In this document: positions 16,207 through 23,820 of the stretch, in pieces
Layout: each line of letters opens with the position of its first letter
Numbering within the stretch: the stretch's first letter is position 1
Virus record (IMG/VR): IMGVR_UViG_3300045988_098553
Length of the DNA: 35,337 nucleotides
From: a virus
Strand: one strand, 5' to 3'
Made by a program: the position numbers and the translations under genes
The notes under the pieces: model-generated
Told to the model about the DNA's origin: nothing
Seen by the model: the letters and a program-made list of their open reading frames with translations, nothing else
Database searches by the model: none

Positions 16207-16609
16207 TGTGCGCCGCAGGATTGCAAGCAGGCTGCGCGAAAAGTTTGACCTGATTGAATGTTCGCTTTTGCATCCTGACGGATCTGAGCCCAACTGGTCT
16301 GTCGAAGAACTGTTTGAGGTGCTGGATATCGATTACCCCGAGTGCCTTAACCCGTGGGAATGCCCTTACGACTACATCGCCGACCTCATAGACGTTCCGG
16401 CTTGCAAAGACTTGGTCGAGCACGTCCCAGACCCGTTCATTCCGACTCAGCGCATGAGAGATGGCTATTTCGAGTGCTCAGAGTGCGGATGGGATGGACA
16501 CCTGATGGAGTACATCGGCTTTGGAGATATGGGTTCATTCGAGCCGAAATTCTGTCCCGAATGCGGAAGGGAGATTTTACGTGAGCAGCAAATTGAAAAG
16601 GCGTCTTGA
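16199..16609 (+). CDS. Zinc-ribbon paralogue (136 aa)
   Basis: Start ATG lies within gacgATGAatga of the upstream gene. RRRIASRLREKF, IADLIDVPAC, CSECG and FCPECGREI motifs parallel the neighbouring genes. Confidence 0.65.
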   Translation: MNDVRRRIASRLREKFDLIECSLLHPDGSEPNWSVEELFEVLDIDYPECLNPWECPYDYIADLIDVPACKDLVEHVPDPFIPTQRMRDGYFECSECGWDGHLMEYIGFGDMGSFEPKFCPECGREILREQQIEKAS

Positions 16610-17063
16610 GGTCGCGTCGGAATTCCGAGGTCTCGGTGAGACCGGTTCTGCCGCCGAGTGCCTGGACAAACCAATCAGGTATCAGATGGGTTTCCAGGCT
16701 ATCAAGGCCGTTCTCGGCAAGGGCGATTGCTTTGAGCTTCTGGCAGATCTTATCGAGCCTGATACATGCGTCATGAGCTTCGTCGAAGAAGAAGCTATGC
16801 TGGCTACATACAAGTGCTCGAATTGCAACAACACCGTAGACACGTTGGCGCTTTGCGGTTACCAATTTCCGTTCTGCCCGTATTGCGGCGCGAAAGTTAG
16901 GATGGTCGATGACAGCGAAAATCCGGCAAGGAAATATGGTCTCGCTAATCAGCGTGGTCAAGGGTCTGTTGAGAGAGAAAGTCGTGATGAGCATGATGCT
17001 CGACATTCTGATCGGGACTGCTGCCATCAATCGAGCGCTGGATGCTGCCGAGGAGAGAGCTGA
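16581..17063 (+). CDS. Zinc-ribbon paralogue (160 aa as an ORF); the last ~50 codons are compositionally atypical
   Basis: GGAAGGGAG RBS then GTG 16581. LADLIEPDTC, CSNCN and FCPYCGAKV motifs. After 16909 third-position GC drops to about 37% in this frame. Stop is coupled (TGATG) to the next gene. Confidence 0.5.
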   Translation: MSSKLKRRLEVASEFRGLGETGSAAECLDKPIRYQMGFQAIKAVLGKGDCFELLADLIEPDTCVMSFVEEEAMLATYKCSNCNNTVDTLALCGYQFPFCPYCGAKVRMVDDSENPARKYGLANQRGQGSVERESRDEHDARHSDRDCCHQSSAGCCRGES

Positions 17064-17169
17064 TGACCAACTATCTCGCCCATCCGATCATCTATCTCCG
17101 CAGGCTCAAGACGCCTCCTTGCAGCACATGTGCAAAATGTGTTGCAGTTATCAGCGGCATCAGGTGTAA
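16909..17169 (+). CDS. Alternative-frame ORF (86 aa) overlapping two neighbours; possibly the real coding frame for 16909..17062
   Basis: Its ATG sits in the same gtcgATGA context used as the coupled start in the paralogous junctions. Third-position GC is about 63% versus 37% in the overlapping frame (hand count). Confidence 0.3.
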   Translation: MTAKIRQGNMVSLISVVKGLLREKVVMSMMLDILIGTAAINRALDAAEERADDQLSRPSDHLSPQAQDASLQHMCKMCCSYQRHQV

Positions 17170-17290
17170 GGCTCCTAAGTATTGCGACCGCAAGAATCGT
17201 CTGAACTGCACGAACATTTCGACCGCACTGCTCGAAAACGTACGTGGCACTCGGTTCTGTGAGTACGAGGAGCGCAAAGATGCTGAGTGA
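17063..17290 (+). CDS. Cys-rich small protein (75 aa), CxxCxxC...CEYEE family
   Basis: GAGGAGAGAG RBS. PPCSTCAKC...C...C...FCEYEER matches the three other CxxC...CE-Y-E modules. Confidence 0.6.
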   Translation: MTNYLAHPIIYLRRLKTPPCSTCAKCVAVISGIRCKAPKYCDRKNRLNCTNISTALLENVRGTRFCEYEERKDAE

Positions 17291-17311
17291 CGAGCAGCGC
17301 GGTGGTCATCG

Positions 17312-17590
17312 ATGAAGCGGATTAAGCTCGCAAGGCCCGTCGATTGCCCAACGTGCGGCGCGACCCCTTGCCATCAGAAATGGAAGCCGCGCAAGACGGT
17401 TGACGCAAACGAGATGGCTGTGATAGGAGACGCTAACCCCGTCGATGCAGTCCATTGCCGTAGGTGCGACCTTGTTTTTCGCGTGTCGCACTTCGAGCAC
17501 GACGACACATATATCACGAGCTGGGATGAGATTGAGACGATTCCCCGCTACTGCCCGTGGTGCGGCGCGGAGGTGGTGGACGATGAGTAA
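17312..17590 (+). CDS. Zinc-ribbon paralogue (92 aa)
   Basis: CPTCG ... CRRC ... YCPWCGAEVVDDE*. The 3' end tgcggcgcggaggtggtggacgatgagtaa is near-identical in design to 16175..16206. Confidence 0.65.
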   Translation: MKRIKLARPVDCPTCGATPCHQKWKPRKTVDANEMAVIGDANPVDAVHCRRCDLVFRVSHFEHDDTYITSWDEIETIPRYCPWCGAEVVDDE

Positions 17591-17825
17591 GCGTAAGGTC
17601 AAGCTCTATCTCGTCAACGATTGCGGCGGCGAGTGGGAGGATGCCTGGAATGAGCCGGTCACCGCATTCGACAACCAGGAAGATGCCACGCGATGCGCGG
17701 TCGCGCGCGGGCCACGTCAAAGCATTTGGGAGAAAGGCCGAGACTACTCCGGCTCTTTTGTAACCAAAATCGATGCCGTTATCGACGATTCAATCTTTGA
17801 CCACGAGGACGCGCGAGATGGGTGA
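17583..17825 (+). CDS. Hypothetical protein (80 aa)
   Basis: ATG within gacgATGAgtaa coupling to the upstream gene. Confidence 0.5.
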   Translation: MSKRKVKLYLVNDCGGEWEDAWNEPVTAFDNQEDATRCAVARGPRQSIWEKGRDYSGSFVTKIDAVIDDSIFDHEDARDG

Positions 17826-18096
17826 CGGCAACGCTGAAATCGAGTTGACCGGCGCGAATGGCGATAAATGGAGATGCCTCGGCACCGTCTTGGCAGTCAC
17901 GAGCGTTGATTCCAAAGGATGGGCAATTCGGCAGAAAGAAACGCTCAAGCGCGATCGCTATGGGGACCGCTCTCCTTTCGCGCGCGAGTATGTCTGGATG
18001 GACGATGACAGGCCGTGGTATCAGGTGCCTGGACATTCCCTGAGCGGACTACCGCTTTCAACTGGCATAACAATCGAAGGAACTGATTATGAATAA
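17818..18096 (+). CDS. Hypothetical protein (92 aa)
   Basis: ATG 17818 overlaps the upstream stop. Same-strand tight packing. Confidence 0.5.
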   Translation: MGDGNAEIELTGANGDKWRCLGTVLAVTSVDSKGWAIRQKETLKRDRYGDRSPFAREYVWMDDDRPWYQVPGHSLSGLPLSTGITIEGTDYE

Positions 18097-18367
18097 CCAA
18101 CTGACGCCATGCTATGTGAGTGAGATGCCGTGTGAAAAGGCACGAGCGTTACTGATTGGCTTCTCTACAGACACGTGGACACGTCCGCGCTCAGCGTTTG
18201 CTAACGGTGAGTCATTGGTTCACCAGTCTCGACCGATTGCGATTGTGATGTTTGAGACCGGCGACGTGCGCTGTGTGTTTCCAGATGCCGTCCAGATCAT
18301 CGATGCAGAGGCGATTTTCCGTGAGTACGCATTTCCCGAAAACGACGGCTCGACAAGCCCCATTTAA
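18089..18367 (+). CDS. Hypothetical protein (92 aa)
   Basis: ORF with ATGA overlap to the upstream gene. Confidence 0.5.
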   Translation: MNNQLTPCYVSEMPCEKARALLIGFSTDTWTRPRSAFANGESLVHQSRPIAIVMFETGDVRCVFPDAVQIIDAEAIFREYAFPENDGSTSPI

Positions 18368-18512
18368 GACTGAGAGGCCCGTTGAGTTTGATTTTGGCAT
18401 CGTCAACTTCATCAACCATCTAACCGGCAAGGACACGATGCCGACGGCTCAAGAGTCGGATTGGTCCAATAACAAGCACCCATCGCCGCCGATGCGCGAG
18501 TGGTGGAGATAG
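18321..18512 (+). CDS. Possible small protein; start codon unresolved
   Basis: GC3-rich frame is open across the 18368..18512 gap. The only in-frame starts lie inside the upstream gene (ATG 18252/18285/18303, GTG 18321) or late (ATG about 18438). Confidence 0.25.
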   Translation: MSTHFPKTTARQAPFKTERPVEFDFGIVNFINHLTGKDTMPTAQESDWSNNKHPSPPMREWWR

Positions 18513-18519
18513 GAGAGTA

Positions 18520-18816
18520 ATGAAATCCTTAATAGTTGACAGCTTCGCATTCACGTTCGCGACGATCGTCGTTTTGGTCGTGGTCGCACTTTATCTGGGT
18601 ATGCCGGCAGGCATGCTCTCGATGATCTGCTCGGTCGTGAGCGCATCGGCGGCAGTGACGGCGCTGGTTTTCCTCATCGTTCTAAAAAAGACCCTTGAGC
18701 CGACCTACGCGATTGTCGAGACGTGCAGGTACCGAATCATCAAAATGCGCGGCGAGATGGACACGCTCAAGCGCCGAGTCAATGCATTGGAGGACAAGCT
18801 TTATGGAGCGCAGTAA
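18520..18816 (+). CDS. Membrane protein with two TM helices and a C-terminal coiled coil (98 aa)
   Basis: Hydrophobic FAFTFATIVVLVVVALYLG and MICSVVSASAAVTALVFLIVL. GGAGAG RBS. Confidence 0.55.
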   Translation: MKSLIVDSFAFTFATIVVLVVVALYLGMPAGMLSMICSVVSASAAVTALVFLIVLKKTLEPTYAIVETCRYRIIKMRGEMDTLKRRVNALEDKLYGAQ

Positions 18817-19192
18817 GCACATTATCTCGTTGCCAGATTGCGGCATTACCAACGGCTCGCCCGATGTGATCCTGTTCATGGGCGACAGCTACGAGAAGGT
18901 CGGCAAGCGCAAAGACGAGCTGCTCGACCCTGAGACCAAGGTCGATGCATTCTCGCCGACGCGCGTTACCACCGCGCTGTCCGTCACCTCGTGCGGTTAC
19001 AAAGAAGCGCGAGAGGCTCCGGACATTGTCCAGTGTTACGGCGCGAGCTACGTAAAAGCCGACCTCGATGCACTGGAAAAACTTGTGAGCGACCTGCTGG
19101 CGCTTGGTGACATTTCAGAGCCCGTGGCGACCGGTGCGAGCTGCGCCCTGATAGCCGAGAGAATCAAGCGCGCGATTGGAGTATGGGAATGA
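18803..19192 (+). CDS. Hypothetical protein (129 aa)
   Basis: ATG 18803 overlaps the upstream 3' end. Start chosen inside track ORF 18695..19192. Confidence 0.5.
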   Translation: MERSKHIISLPDCGITNGSPDVILFMGDSYEKVGKRKDELLDPETKVDAFSPTRVTTALSVTSCGYKEAREAPDIVQCYGASYVKADLDALEKLVSDLLALGDISEPVATGASCALIAERIKRAIGVWE

Positions 19193-19434
19193 CGGATGAC
19201 GAGATCAAGCAGGAATTGGATGATGCCGAGTTCTCGATTGAGATTGATTGCCTGCGAGACCCTGACTTTATCAAAGTCACCAGCGGAAAAGTCTATAGGC
19301 CCGAGCGCACTGCGGATAAGAACACGGTGAATGATTTTCTCAACGATACAGTGATTTTCACGTGTAACAGCTGCGGTCATGAGGTCTTTTACACCGACGC
19401 CTACTGTTCGCACTGCGGGTCACGATTCATATGA
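19183..19434 (+). CDS. Small protein with C-terminal zinc ribbon (83 aa)
   Basis: CNSCGHEVFYTDAYCSHCGSRFI* at the C-terminus. Confidence 0.55.
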   Translation: MGMTDDEIKQELDDAEFSIEIDCLRDPDFIKVTSGKVYRPERTADKNTVNDFLNDTVIFTCNSCGHEVFYTDAYCSHCGSRFI

Positions 19435-19943
19435 GGGCGCTCGAGTTTTTTGTGCCGTCAAATCGTCTCGACCCCAAGGGCAACCGCACTCACGTTGACG
19501 GATGGAATGAGTACATAAAGGCCGTTAACACGTCCCGCCATGTCGGTGCCGCGCGTGAGCGCGAGAACGTCCACCACGTTGCCGCCTATGCAGCGATCGC
19601 CATGAAACAAGCGGGCTGGACTCCACCAGAGACCCATTCACTCGTCTACGTGACCTTTATCGAGCGCGACCGCCGGCGAGACATTCCCAATGTCTATGGC
19701 GGGCTCAAATGGGTGCTCGACGGTCTGAGCCGACCGCGCGGTAGCAAGCTCGATGGCGCCGGTGCCATCGTGGACGATTCTCAAAAGTGGCTGACCGTCA
19801 TTCCCATGGTCGCTATCGACAGGCAAAACCCTGGCGTCCATATCAAGATCGTGCCGGTCGACAATCCGGCAGAAATCGTTCAGGTCATGGGAACAAACGT
19901 CCCCATTCCAGCAAACACAAACAAAGGAGTTATCCAATTATGA
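19431..19943 (+). CDS. rusA: RusA-like Holliday junction resolvase (170 aa)
   Basis: RRRDIPNVYGGLKWVLDGL...GAIVDDSQ resembles the RusA D-x-D-N...K...D-x-L...DD motif pattern. Early-region position. Confidence 0.5.
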   Translation: MRALEFFVPSNRLDPKGNRTHVDGWNEYIKAVNTSRHVGAARERENVHHVAAYAAIAMKQAGWTPPETHSLVYVTFIERDRRRDIPNVYGGLKWVLDGLSRPRGSKLDGAGAIVDDSQKWLTVIPMVAIDRQNPGVHIKIVPVDNPAEIVQVMGTNVPIPANTNKGVIQL

Positions 19944-20287
19944 CTCTCACGACTGACTACATCCTGGGACTGATTCTCACGGTCGGTGCCGATGCCTACC
20001 GCTGCATGCCGTCGCTCAAGGTCGAGGGCGGCGAGGCGGTCAAGTATCCCGAAATCGCCTATGCCATCGCCTCGACCTGCGATGCGCTCTGCAAGGAGAT
20101 TGCAGGTATGGAGATGGGCTATGCGCCGCACGATTCGCACGAGCTCGTTATCGGAATTATCAAAAAGACCTTCAAGGTCATGGTCGACCATATGGAGAGA
20201 GACCAGGACCTCGACGTCGAGACCATCCCAACCATCCTGCGCGACCTGCGCGTCGGTGAGATTGAGGTGAGCGACGATGACTGCTAG
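19940..20287 (+). CDS. Hypothetical acidic protein (115 aa)
   Basis: ATGA overlap with the upstream stop. Confidence 0.5.
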   Translation: MTLTTDYILGLILTVGADAYRCMPSLKVEGGEAVKYPEIAYAIASTCDALCKEIAGMEMGYAPHDSHELVIGIIKKTFKVMVDHMERDQDLDVETIPTILRDLRVGEIEVSDDDC

Positions 20288-20558
20288 CGATTCAACCGTA
20301 CTTGCGAATTACAATACGCTTGCAAAGGTCGCGAGAAGCCTAGCCGATGGCGATGTCGCACTCACCTTGCCGCTCGACGGCAAGGACATCGACAAAGCCG
20401 GTGTCACGATGTGCCTCAACCTGATCGCCGAGACGTGCGACATGCTCTCGCAGCTCAACGACTTGAGCATTGAAATCGATGAGTTCCTCGTTGAGCCATC
20501 GCTATTCGCACTCAACGTGATCGTTAGGAGCGCCAAAGCGGTAGGGACCGAGGGCTAG
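20277..20558 (+). CDS. Hypothetical protein (93 aa)
   Basis: ORF with its start inside gacgATGA of the upstream gene. Confidence 0.5.
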   Translation: MTASDSTVLANYNTLAKVARSLADGDVALTLPLDGKDIDKAGVTMCLNLIAETCDMLSQLNDLSIEIDEFLVEPSLFALNVIVRSAKAVGTEG

Positions 20559-20560
20559 GC

Positions 20561-21736
20561 ATGGCGGCAACGGTCCCAGTCAAGCAGGATTCGCGCGGAG
20601 TCTGGTACAGCAGGATATATCTTGGCAAGGACTCCAAAGGCAAGAAGATTCAGGCTTACCGCTCTTTTCCAGAGGCCACCAGTGAGGCAGATGCTCGAGT
20701 CGCAGCCGCAATCTGGGCATCTGACCTCACGGCAGACGGTCGCGTGCGCTCCACGGCGCTCACCGACATGCTCGCGGACTACATCGAGATGCGCGAGCTC
20801 AACGGCGCGAGTCCCAACTCGGTGAAGCAGTGGCGCCAATTCCTGCGCTGCTACATTACCCGATTTCTGCGCGGCAAGCGCGCGGACGAGGTCACGGCGT
20901 TTGAATTCACGCAATTCAACGGCGTGCTGCTGCGCCGCGGCTCGCGCGACGGTAAGCCCTTGAGCCCCAACACGGTCAACGCGGTCTATCAGTTTCTTCG
21001 TGGTGCCTACAGGTATTTCGTGAGCGTTGGCCTTGTGGAGACCAACCCGCTGCTCGACGCCGTCAAGCCCTACCGCGACCAAGACGAGGCGATCGCGCTT
21101 GAGGAAGATGACGTTACCATCCTCAACGCCTACCTTGACCCAATCGTGAGCTTCAAGGTCGAGGTGGGCAGCATAGAGCGCCGCAACGCCTTTGCAGCGT
21201 GGCTTGCCCTGCACACCGGCGCCCGATGCGGCGAGGTGTGCGCCGTGCGACCCAAAGACGTCTACCAGAAGCGCGGATACATCCATATTGGCGGCACGGT
21301 GGTCGAGCCTGGCAACGAGCAGCCATACCGCAAGGAGAAGCCCAAGAGCTCAACCTCCAGGCGCAACATATCACTCGTCCCAGAGGAGCTTGAGGTCATC
21401 GCGAGATTTATGGCATGGCACGAGACCCAGAAGGGGAGTGCTCGAGACATGGGCATCGCGAGCGTTGACGGCACGTGGGCGAGACCATCGACCTTGAGCA
21501 GCTGGTTCAAACGGCTGGTCGAGAAGCTCGACCTAGACCGTCAGGCGACCTTCCACACGCTTCGCCATACGCACGCAAGCTGGTGCCTGGCTCACGGCAT
21601 CGACGTTGTCACACTGAGCGAGCGCCTGGGGCACTCGTCACCTGCAATCACGATCCGAATCTACGGCCACATGCTGCAAGGCCGCGATATGGCGGCGGCA
21701 GAGACGTTCTACAAGGCAATCCAAGGAGGTGTTTAG
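20561..21736 (+). CDS. Tyrosine recombinase / phage integrase family protein (391 aa)
   Basis: C-terminal catalytic signature FHTLRHTHASWCL...LGHSSPAITIRIYGHM (R..HxxR..Y). The N-terminus (GVWYSRIYLGKDSKGKKIQAYRSF) looks like an arm-type DNA-binding domain. Confidence 0.88.
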   Translation: MAATVPVKQDSRGVWYSRIYLGKDSKGKKIQAYRSFPEATSEADARVAAAIWASDLTADGRVRSTALTDMLADYIEMRELNGASPNSVKQWRQFLRCYITRFLRGKRADEVTAFEFTQFNGVLLRRGSRDGKPLSPNTVNAVYQFLRGAYRYFVSVGLVETNPLLDAVKPYRDQDEAIALEEDDVTILNAYLDPIVSFKVEVGSIERRNAFAAWLALHTGARCGEVCAVRPKDVYQKRGYIHIGGTVVEPGNEQPYRKEKPKSSTSRRNISLVPEELEVIARFMAWHETQKGSARDMGIASVDGTWARPSTLSSWFKRLVEKLDLDRQATFHTLRHTHASWCLAHGIDVVTLSERLGHSSPAITIRIYGHMLQGRDMAAAETFYKAIQGGV

Positions 21737-21925
21737 TTGAAGCAAGCACAGCTCACCAAGAAAGAGAACGACCTAATAGTTATGTACCGAAAGTTATCTG
21801 CCATCCATCAGGACGATGTGCTGACCTATGCGGCCTTGAGGGTGCAGCTTGAGCAGTCCGAGAAAAGGATCAGGGACGGTCTCACGGCATGGAACAAGGC
21901 TGTTGAAAACTCCCAAAACAGCTAG
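21737..21925 (+). CDS. Small hypothetical protein (62 aa, TTG start; alternative ATG 21782)
   Basis: ORF directly after the integrase. Its 3' end carries one copy of the TGTTGAAAAC motif. Confidence 0.35.
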   Translation: MKQAQLTKKENDLIVMYRKLSAIHQDDVLTYAALRVQLEQSEKRIRDGLTAWNKAVENSQNS

Positions 21926-22056
21926 AAATAGCGGTTGCAATGGAGTTGCAATGGACTAGTTTTCAACAATTCAACAATCTGGAAAAACCCCAGTTAGACC
22001 TACGAAAAACACGTTAAGTAACAGCCACTAAGCAAATAAGAACGAGTTATTTGCTT
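21899..22056. promoter_or_regulatory. AT-rich repeat-dense intergenic region (candidate attP / regulatory region for the tyrosine integrase)
   Basis: Inverted pair TGTTGAAAAC (21901..21910 +; 21959..21968 -). Tandem gttgcaatgga x2 (21934..21955). Tandem ttcaacaa x2 (21962..21977). 10-bp inverted repeat aagcaaataa/ttatttgctt (22030..22056). Confidence 0.4.
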
Positions 22057-22076
22057 ATACCCAGAAAGAGGACGAA

Positions 22077-22460
22077 ATGGACGAATTCGACGAGATGTCG
22101 GATGCCGAAATCGAAGCGCTTACCGAGATGGACGAGATGTGCAAAGGCATCCCCAATCCTCTCCCGCAGCTGACCCCAGAGGAGCGCTCCGCCGCATCGC
22201 AGAAAGCAATTGAGACTCGCAAGGCGAGGATGCGCCTCAAGCGCGAGATGAAGGAAGGAAACCTCTCCGTTGCCGCAGCAATCGAGCTGCCCGTGATGCA
22301 GCGCATGAAGGTTTTCGAGTTCATCCGCGCCATTCCCGGCATCGGCATCAACCGAGCCAGGGAGTTCATGCTCTCCAACTCAATCGCCGACAATCGCCGT
22401 GTCGGTGGCCTGAGCAAGCATCGCCGCGCGCAGGTTATCGCCCTGGGAGGTGAGCGCTAA
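22077..22460 (+). CDS. mihF: MihF-like actinobacterial integration host factor homologue (127 aa) with acidic N-terminal extension
   Basis: LPQLTPEERSAASQKAIETRKARMRLKREMKEGNL...MKVFEFIRAIPGIGINRAREFM...RRVGGLSKHRRAQVIALGG parallels my recollection of mycobacterial mIHF (LPQLTDEQRAAALEKA...RRLRGLGDRQRKALLEKFG). Confidence 0.65.
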   Translation: MDEFDEMSDAEIEALTEMDEMCKGIPNPLPQLTPEERSAASQKAIETRKARMRLKREMKEGNLSVAAAIELPVMQRMKVFEFIRAIPGIGINRAREFMLSNSIADNRRVGGLSKHRRAQVIALGGER

Positions 22461-22708
22461 TGAGACCCGAGTGCCGTCGCAACTTCGAGCGCCTCGCAAA
22501 GCTACTGTGCATCCTGGCAGCGCTGCTCGGTTCGATCGTCATTTTCATCAGCATTACTGTCATCACCGCAGTTGTCTGCTTTTTTGCGCACCTGACCTTC
22601 ATCTGGTATGTGCCGGTCATCATCACGGCATTTGCCTTGGGCTTTGCTGCCATTGCCTTTTTGCTCGTGAACGCCAAATCGCCTGACGATGACGAGGATT
22701 ACGAGTGA
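22460..22708 (+). CDS. Membrane protein (82 aa, 2 TM helices, acidic tail)
   Basis: TAATG coupling. Hydrophobic LCILAALLGSIVIFISITVITAVVCFF and VPVIITAFALGFAAIAFLLV. Confidence 0.55.
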   Translation: MRPECRRNFERLAKLLCILAALLGSIVIFISITVITAVVCFFAHLTFIWYVPVIITAFALGFAAIAFLLVNAKSPDDDEDYE

Positions 22709-23205
22709 TGGAGCGCATTACGAGCGCACGAGACCGGAGCAGATACCTCGCCGAGCGATTCAGGCGCGATGGCTTCGTTGGTCCTGGCGTTAAGGTCGAA
22801 AAGGGCGAGCTGATCTTGCCGATTGGCCCAGAGCTTGAGCGGTTTTGCGAGCTCGCCGCGTTACTGCGACAGAAGTGCGACAAGTCTGCGACATCGTCGC
22901 GACACGATTTAGTCGATGTGGTCGCGAGTATGCACGAGGATGCGATTTTATATGGCTCACCAATTGACTCAGCTGCCGACAGGATTGTCGGCCTGATTCC
23001 AAAATCCCAAGCGATGCGCGCCACCTATGTTCCCGTTGACTTTGCCACATTCGCCAACCCACTCAACCACAGTGATGACGATTGGCAGGAGCTATCTGAA
23101 AACGCCCTGAATGACGAGCGCAAGGCCAACCGAGCGCGGGAGAGGGCTCTCAAGCGATCGCACCGAAATGCCAAGAACCCCAAGAAGAAAGGCAAATGCC
23201 GATGA
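22708..23205 (+). CDS. Hypothetical protein with basic C-terminus (165 aa)
   Basis: ORF with GTGATG overlap to the upstream gene. C-terminal KRSHRNAKNPKKKGKCR. Confidence 0.5.
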   Translation: MERITSARDRSRYLAERFRRDGFVGPGVKVEKGELILPIGPELERFCELAALLRQKCDKSATSSRHDLVDVVASMHEDAILYGSPIDSAADRIVGLIPKSQAMRATYVPVDFATFANPLNHSDDDWQELSENALNDERKANRARERALKRSHRNAKNPKKKGKCR

Positions 23206-23396
23206 GCGATGAAGCAACCACAGAGACCGAGACGCCAAAGACGTGCTCGGAGTGCCGTTTTGCAGCGCCGTACACCTTCACGCCGCCTGCAAACCCCGAC
23301 AGCCCCGGCAATCTCTACTGTTCGGTCGACAAGGCCGTCATGAGCGTCAACCCGTCCTATACCTGCGAGAAATACAAGGAGCCCGATCGTGCCTAA
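23196..23396 (+). CDS. Cys-rich small protein (66 aa), CxxC...C...CEKYKE family
   Basis: TCSECRF...YCSVDK...YTCEKYKEP matches the N-terminus of 15676..16206 and the genes at 17063 and 23820. Confidence 0.55.
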   Translation: MPMSDEATTETETPKTCSECRFAAPYTFTPPANPDSPGNLYCSVDKAVMSVNPSYTCEKYKEPDRA

Positions 23397-23820
23397 ATGC
23401 ATCACGAGAACCGAGCATAGCATTCTCAATCGCACACTCAGAGGAATCAATTCCTGTCTCAATTTTGTAGACGAGGCCGAGGACCGCTCGAATGGCCTCG
23501 TATCTGTCCACGAGTACGATCTGCAAGTGTGGAGCGCGAGCCTCAACAGTGTGCTCACAGCCCTCGACCACAGGCGCAATGAGCAGCTTAAGACCGTGCC
23601 AGAGCACTATCGCGGCGACGGCTTCATCACCTGCGACATGGCGCTCGCAGCCATGCTCTCAAGGGCAACCCGCATGGCGATGCCTCCGATGGTCATTTTC
23701 TGGTGGGCTAACGCTTTTAAGTATCTGTGGCGCTGGGCTTACAAGTCGGACTGCACCGGCGACCTCAACAAGGCCATCGATTGCATCGAACGCGTCCGCT
23801 ACTGGCAGAAAACCCGGTAA
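23389..23820 (+). CDS. DUF3310 (SaV-like) domain protein (143 aa)
   Basis: WWANAFKYLWRWAYKSDCTGDLNKAIDCIERV resembles the DUF3310 signature (..n.iKYlwR...K....dL.KA..yl..l). Confidence 0.6.
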   Translation: MPKCITRTEHSILNRTLRGINSCLNFVDEAEDRSNGLVSVHEYDLQVWSASLNSVLTALDHRRNEQLKTVPEHYRGDGFITCDMALAAMLSRATRMAMPPMVIFWWANAFKYLWRWAYKSDCTGDLNKAIDCIERVRYWQKTR

